The notes beneath the pieces were generated by a model. That model was not told the origin of the DNA. It saw only the letters and a program-made list of their open reading frames with translations, and searched no databases. The translations under genes were made by a program, and so were the position numbers. Positions 58,287-64,000 of a stretch of DNA of 64,000 bases are shown here, piece by piece; positions within the stretch are counted from its first letter, which is position 1, and the number at the start of each line of letters is the position of its first letter. Source of the stretch: Lama guanicoe (lineage: Eukaryota); the NCBI GenBank assembly GCA_013239625.1, contig MU057073.1:1101426-1165425 (forward strand), given 5' to 3'.

Positions 58287-59529
58287 CGCGAGCCCAGCCG
58301 TCCAGGCGGCGCGTCCCCTGCGCCCGCGGCCCCGCGCGGCCCGGCGGCTGCGTCCGAACGGCGGCGGCCAGCGCCGCGGCGCCTTTTAAGCGGGGCGGCC
58401 GCCCTCCCCCGCCGCCAGAATGTGCCCGCGCTGCGCCGGCCCGACCGGTTTTTCCAGGCGGGGCGGCTCCCGGGCCGGCAGGTCGCGCGGCGGGTCGTCC
58501 GCGGCCCGGGTACCTGCTCGTCGCGCCCACGCAGGGGTGGCCCTGACTCACCGGCCTCGCGGCCCCGCCCGGCGCCCCCGCCGCCAGCGCCCAGCTTGGG
58601 CGCACCTGGAGTCGCCGGGGTCCTCGCCCCAGGCCCGGGGGCCACACCCACCCCGGCTCGCCCCGGACCCGGGGACGGGGGGACCCAGGCTCCCGGCGGT
58701 GAGGTGCGGGTGACGCCGGCCACGTCGGTGCCCAGGTGATAACCGGAGCCGGCGGGAGCCGGGGCCCGGGTTGGGTCAGCGGTGAGGGTGCGGGCCGGCT
58801 GGACACGCCCATCCCTCTCCCTCTCACTTCAAAGGAACTTCATGGGAGGGGGAAGGAGGGGGACAAAGAGAAAGTGAAACTAGAGGGAGGGCGAGAACGG
58901 GCCGGGCAGGTTTCTGGTCCTCAGACCCTGCCTTTTCCCAGAGGGTAAGGAGGGCGGCTGGGACCCCTGTCAGAGCCCACACGGGGAGTCCCATCCTACC
59001 CCTTACTCCTCGTACGGGGCGGGGGCACAGCTCTGCTCTGCGCCACACGGGGGCAAGAGCCCCCAACACTCCCCACCAACACACACACACATATGCACAC
59101 ACACACAGCACACGGCTCTGGCCTGCCCACTTCAGTCACCTGGAGATGTTGGGGCCCGACCAGCCAGCCTCAGGGCACTCTGCCTTACCGCAGAGCTGCC
59201 TGTGGGGGGCTAATGGGGGGGGGCGCAGCTTTAGGAAGGAGAAAATTTGGAGGGAGGTGGGCCCTAAAATCCTCAGCACACATCTTGAGCCACCAGTGCT
59301 GCTGCATGACGATGGGCGGCCGGCAGTGGTCACCATCATTCAGCTGAGCCCCGGGCAGTTACATGCCCGCACGACCAGCCTGAGACCAGTGTCCTTTGGG
59401 CTCAGGAGCCCCGGGTTAGTCCCAGGCCAGGGATGCAGCCATCAAGTTGTGATGGGCCCTCGAGAGGTTTCCACCTATGTTAGGGGCAGTTTACCTATCA
59501 CCACCAGCCTGGAAAGTGAGTAGCAACGG

Positions 59530-59630
59530 TTTTATTGTTTCCATTTTGCACTCAGGGAAACTGAGGCTCAGAGAGAGGCAGTGACTTCTCAAAGGTTCAA
59601 CAGCTCTCTGTGGTGGAACTGGGACTCCGC
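59530..59630 (-). mobile_element. MIR SINE fragment
   Basis: ccattttgcactcagggaaactgaggctcagagagaggcagtgactt. Confidence 0.65.
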
Positions 59631-61101
59631 AGCCGGCACCTCTGCTGAGTCGGCTGCCTGAGTGTCAGTGAGGGGGTCAGGCACTAGGAGAGGGAGGGAG
59701 CAGTGGGAGGGGACACAGAGGTGTGTTACCGGGAAGAGAGCTTGGGAATTCCTCCCCCAACTGCCACCACCGCCACCACTGCGTGGGTGGAAAGCACCCA
59801 CCTCTCCTGTCCCCAGCCTTAAGCCCTGGTACAGCCCAGCCCAGGGCAGACCCTCCCTGCACACCGTCACTGTCTCCAGCACTAGAGGGGACAGGTAAGA
59901 GCCGGGAGGAAGAGGGAACAGAGCAAACGTCAGTGGTTCCCACTTGCAGCAGGAGGTACTGAGATGTGACCAGAAAGGGAACTTCCCCAGGTGACCTATA
60001 GCTGGGGTGAGACTGGCCCCGACCGAGAAGTCTGATTTTATGGTGGAGTACACGTGGACAGTGGCCTGAGTGAGAGAGAGAAGTTTCCCAGAGGTGATGC
60101 CGGGCTCCCAGGGACCTGAGACGGGCTGCTGGGAGCCAGCGCCTCGCCCAAGTGAAACCACTGGGTGTAAGCAATGCGGCTCTCATCCATCCAGGGAGTC
60201 TGGTCCCTGCGAGACCCTGCGGGGCTCAGGGGGCCTCCCACGTTGCCCCAGCCCTTCCCATGCCAAGCCTTGCTCCACATCTCATGCCAGCCCCTTGCCA
60301 TGTCCCCGGGTGGCTACCTGCAGAGGTGATGCGGCTGGGGCAGGTGCCAGTGTGGACCCTGCGCACAGGACTGGGCCTGAGTTTCTCAGAGCCCTCTCTG
60401 GGCAGGATGGGATGGACGGAAGAGGCTGGCCGGCGGCATGAGCCTCCAATACTGTCCCCCGTGCAGCTGCCCCCTCACACGGTGCTGGGACCACAGAGGA
60501 CAGACCCTTAGTCCCCCTGCTGCTGTTCGGAGACCCTCTGAGGAGCTCCACAGAGAATGGCCCTGGGGAACTTTCCAGACATGTGCATGAGACTTTCCAG
60601 AACTTTCTGAGACACTTGTCCAGTCCAAGAGCTGCTCACTGTGGGGCTCTGCGTCCCACGAGCATGTGGAGGGGCCGAGAACAGGGGCCTGGCCGCCCAT
60701 CCCTGATGGGGAGTTCCCTGCAACTGCTGGGCTGGCAGAAGCTTCTCCCGGCCGTCAGTGACCCTCTTGGGGAAAAGCCAGCTCAGCAAGTGCTCTCTCC
60801 GTGGGCACCCAGGACACGGGGGCACCTCTGCACTGGCGGGTCGGCACCTGCTCTGTGAGGGAGGTGCCCTGTGGGGTAACAGGAGGCACTGGCAGCTGTC
60901 ACAACCCCAGGCTCTGAGGAGGCCTGGGGAAGGGCTGGGAGCAGTGGGCTCTGCCTTGTCCCCCGTCCGTCCCTGGGGGTGGGTGTTTCTGGTGAGCTGC
61001 TGCGTGCCAGGCACCAGAGGGGATGTCCCACCGCCCTCTGGCCTTCTGAAGATCCCAGTCCACCAGCAATAGCAAGGGCTCCTGGCTCTGGACCCCCAGG
61101 G

Positions 61102-61258
61102 CCCCTCCCTCCCCCCATGTCCCCCCAACGCCCCCCATCCCTCGGGCCNNNNNNNNNNNNNNNNNNNNNNNNNNNNNNNNNNNNNNNNNNNNNNNNNNNN
61201 NNNNNNNNNNNNNCCCTCCCTCCCCCCATGTCCCCCCCACGCCCCCATCCCTCGGGCC
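61102..61258. repeat. C-rich minisatellite of about 44 bp, unresolved across an N gap
   Basis: The unit ccctccctccccccatgtcccccc(a/c)acgcccccatccctcgggcc occurs on both sides of the gap 61149-61213. Confidence 0.8.
61149..61213. other. Assembly gap (65 N) inside a minisatellite
   Basis: N run. Confidence 1.
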
Positions 61259-62431
61259 TTCATCAGGGGGTGGGGCAAAGGCTCCCCATCATCCACTGCG
61301 CTTATGTGGTGTTACCTGGTTGTGCAAGGCCAGGCACACCCGTGTCTGGGCGAGATCTGGAAGGCTGCCAGTCACGGTGCCAGCCCGGGCCTGGGAACTG
61401 GGCTGAGAAGCCCGGGGGTGCGGGTGGAGCCGCCCCAGGCCAAGCCCCTCTGGGAGAGGCTGCGTGGGAGGTGCCAAGGGAGAGCTCTTTGGGGTCACAC
61501 TTTGGCCCAGTATCTACGGGGAGCATGCCCTCAGGCTGGGCCCAGCGTCTTCCTGAGACCTCAGTCCAGGGGCCAGATGGCCAGATAGAAGGCAGCCCTC
61601 CTGTGGGCAGTTAGTCACCGAAGTGCAGGCGGTACCCAGAGCGGGGCGGTCTGCACAGCTCCTCACGCCCAGCCTGAGGGTCGGACACTGTGTGCGGGGG
61701 AAGTGGGGAGCCCAGGCCCTGGCCCCACCGGACTGCTTATGGTTCGCCTAGAGAACAGGCCTGGGGTCCAAACGCCTCAGCCCCAACTGGGTCTCTGAGC
61801 AGGAACAGCAGCAACCTCAGAGCGCCACGCCCACCAGGCCTGGGCCTGCCCCGCCCATCCCACAACTGCCCACAGCTGGGCTGCTTCCACCTGCTGTCCA
61901 CCCGGGCTGCTGCAACCAAGGCCAGTGCGGGCCGCCCCTTCTCTGCCTCCCCAAGGCGGGCCCAGCTCATAAAAGGTAGTGGGTCAGGGGCTACAGGCAG
62001 TTCAGGGGCTGGAGTGAACCATGCCAAGGGGCCAGCACACCAGAGACCCTGTGAAAAGCAGCCAGTAGGGACCAGGACAAGAGAGATGGTCTCTGCCAGG
62101 AGTTAAGCAGGAGGAGATATGGGGGGGGGCACTGCCTGGAGGAGGTGACTCCAAGCCCCAAGAATGACTGGGATGAAAGGGGATGGGGCAGAGGCTGTCT
62201 GGAGGAGGGAAAGTCCGCCCACCCCCACTCAGCCAGGCTCACATCCACACTCACTCATGCTGCGCAAGGATTAGCAGAGCATCCCTTGCCCCCAGAGTGC
62301 TGGAGACACCGCCCTCTGACTCAGAGCCTGGGGCCGGACACCCCACACACACCCCCACAGTCCTGGGACACAGACAGACCCACTGGAGCCGGGCTTTGGG
62401 GATCTGGAGAGCAAATGGTCCCCAGAGAGAC

Positions 62432-62437
62432 TTTATT
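62432..62437 (-). terminator. ASPG polyadenylation signal AATAAA
   Basis: + strand tttatt about 185 nt after the ASPG stop codon. Confidence 0.75.
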
Positions 62438-62620
62438 GCCAGTCTACCCAACAGAGACCTTTAGGCTGCAACTTAGAAACAGAATGGGAAGCAGTTCCAC
62501 AGAGGAAGGGGGCGGAGGGGTGGACACATCAGTCAGAGCCCCAGGGGTGGGGTGACTGCGATCCCTCCAGCAGGTCACAACAGGAAGGAATGGCTTGCAC
62601 TGCAGCAGGACAGCTTCAGG

Positions 62621-62641
62621 TTAGACACCAGGCAGAACTTC
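62621..62641 (-). CDS. ASPG: ASPG last coding exon (EVLPGV*)
   Basis: Acceptor TTTCCAG|GAA, TAA at 62623-62621; matches the recalled ASPG C-terminus EVLPGV. Confidence 0.9.
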   Translation of the reverse strand, partial: EVLPGV

Positions 62642-63214
62642 CTGGAAATGGGAGGTCTCCAGAAAACAAGTGGAGGCCCAGGTACTGAAAGGGGGCAGGG
62701 CAGACAAGCCCGGGCACGTGTCAGTGGGGCCCAGCCTTTCACAGAAGAGGGACCAAAGGACCTGAGCAAACCCAACCAGCCTGGAGAGTTCCAGAGAGCC
62801 AGCTGATGGGGCAGGGATGGGGAGTTAGCTCAGGACCTGGCCTACCCAGCCTGGGAGGCAGGAGGGAGCACCCAGCCCAGTGGGTGCTGGTCCCAGTGAG
62901 GAGGAGGTGCAGGGTGGGCAGGTCCCCTGAAGGCTTCATGAGCTTCTTGGCCATGGCTGGGGCCTCTGGTGCTGTGTTGGGTGCGCTATGAAGCAGCCTG
63001 ACATGACAGAACACAGCGGGTCTGAAGTTGGCCCTTCCTCCGGGGAGCCTTCCCTCTGGGCACTTTGCAGCTCTGGACAGTGTACGCCCCGCCCACAGGA
63101 GGGGCAGACCTGACTGGTTTGACCTTCTCAGCCTCCTCCGGCTCTGTCCCCAGGACCTGCCCTTGGACACATTCCCCAAGCCAGGGTCCAGCCATGGAGC
63201 GTGGGGAGACTTAC

Positions 63215-63295
63215 CGGGCCCAGGGCCTCGACACCAGCCCCATGCCGGAGGCTCTGCAGAAAGGTCACCACGTCCAGGTTCCCAACTGCCTCTGC
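63215..63295 (-). CDS. ASPG: ASPG penultimate exon (AEAVGNLDVVTFLQSLRHGAGVEALGP)
   Basis: Acceptor CAG|GCA, donor CCG|GTAAGT, 81 nt. Confidence 0.92.
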
Positions 63296-63619
63296 CTGGG
63301 GCGGGTGGGACGTGGGAGGGGCTGCCTAAGGGACTCTGACCAGCAGTCTGGCCCCTAATCCCCAGCCACCAGGATGCCCTCTCGCCCATGCATGAAGGAC
63401 CCCACATCTCCTCCATTCCCCTTGTCCCCAAAGCTCTGGTCCCTGGGAGGGACCTGGGACAGGAAAAGGGACAGCACCCACCCCCTATCCTCGTGGTTCC
63501 AGCACACCAGGAGAGCAGGAGTCGGGCATTTGGGAAGGGGGAGCCAGTGGAGCTGTCAGGGAGGGCTTCCGGGAGGACGAGGCCTTGGAGAGGGCAGCAG
63601 GGGCACTGGGGGCACTCAC

Positions 63620-63719
63620 GGTGAGCTGGGCGCTGCGCCCATCATACCCCGGCTGCCTCAGGTCGGCCCCCGCCTGCCACCATGCCCGCAGGCCTTCTAG
63701 GTCGGCCCTGGATGCCAGC
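63620..63719 (-). CDS. ASPG: ASPG (asparaginase / 60 kDa lysophospholipase) antepenultimate exon ([34 protein letters not shown]), ankyrin region
   Basis: Acceptor CAG|G, donor ACC|GTGAGT, 100 nt; matches recalled [27 protein letters not shown]. Confidence 0.93.
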
Positions 63720-64000
63720 CTGGGAGGGGGGCGGAGGAGGGGGAGCAGTCAGGGACTGCTGGGAGCCCGTCATCTGCCCAGGGGCACCTTTACAACACCA
63801 GCCCCAAACAGCTGACCCAGCAGCGGTGAGACCGGGGAAGGCATGCAGGAGGCGCTGGAAGCCAGCAGGAGGCCTGGCGCCTGGTTTCACCATGCGGGGG
63901 TGACTGTGACTCAGGTCAAGGGCGCACACAGGAAAGCACACGCACGAGAAAGCACACACACACACACGGGTGTACCGCACACACACGCAAGTGCACACAC

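Larger units (their letters stand above)
57400..58800. promoter_or_regulatory. MIR203 CpG island and promoter: TATA-like TTAAAA (58384-58389, minus), AP-1 TGACTCA (58544-58550), E-boxes CACCTG (58603-58608) and CAGGTG (58733-58738), Z-box CAGGTA (58511-58516, minus)
   Basis: Motifs read directly from the sequence; consistent with known AP-1 and ZEB/SNAIL regulation of miR-203. Confidence 0.75.

Noticed and set aside
57323-58827. Long ORFs across the MIR203 CpG island
   Set aside because: They span an N gap and are Arg/Pro/Ala low-complexity. The protein-looking QWFLTVQQFCSAIVKCLGPL is just the translated miRNA hairpin.

Overview
GC-rich mammalian genomic DNA, probably cetartiodactyl and possibly camelid judging from the LINE-1 3' UTR fragments. 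It holds the syntenic ASPG - MIR203 - KIF26A locus, all on the minus strand. The whole KIF26A (kinesin-11) gene is present: 15 canonical coding exons from ATG 43989 to TGA 4743, with AATAAA at 3730-3735, about 1846 aa after correcting one duplication. The miR-203 hairpin lies in a CpG island at about 57.96-58.07 kb. The last three coding exons of ASPG lie at 62.6-63.7 kb. The most interesting features beyond the canonical model are: (i) two extra phase-0-compatible candidate first coding exons of KIF26A, one upstream (46187-46324) and one inside intron 5 (14714-14770) that would start the protein directly at the motor domain; (ii) a 21-nt in-frame microexon (5606-5626); (iii) a 19/21 RE1/REST match and a divergent CTCF motif arrangement between KIF26A and MIR203; (iv) a duplicated 5' splice site after exon 11; (v) a TSD-flanked retroposed 3'UTR fragment inside an old L1; (vi) two near-identical tandem duplications, each with a single extra A at the junction. 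One of these frameshifts exon 12, and both are most likely assembly artefacts. Comparisons to human and mouse sequences are from memory and were not run as alignments.
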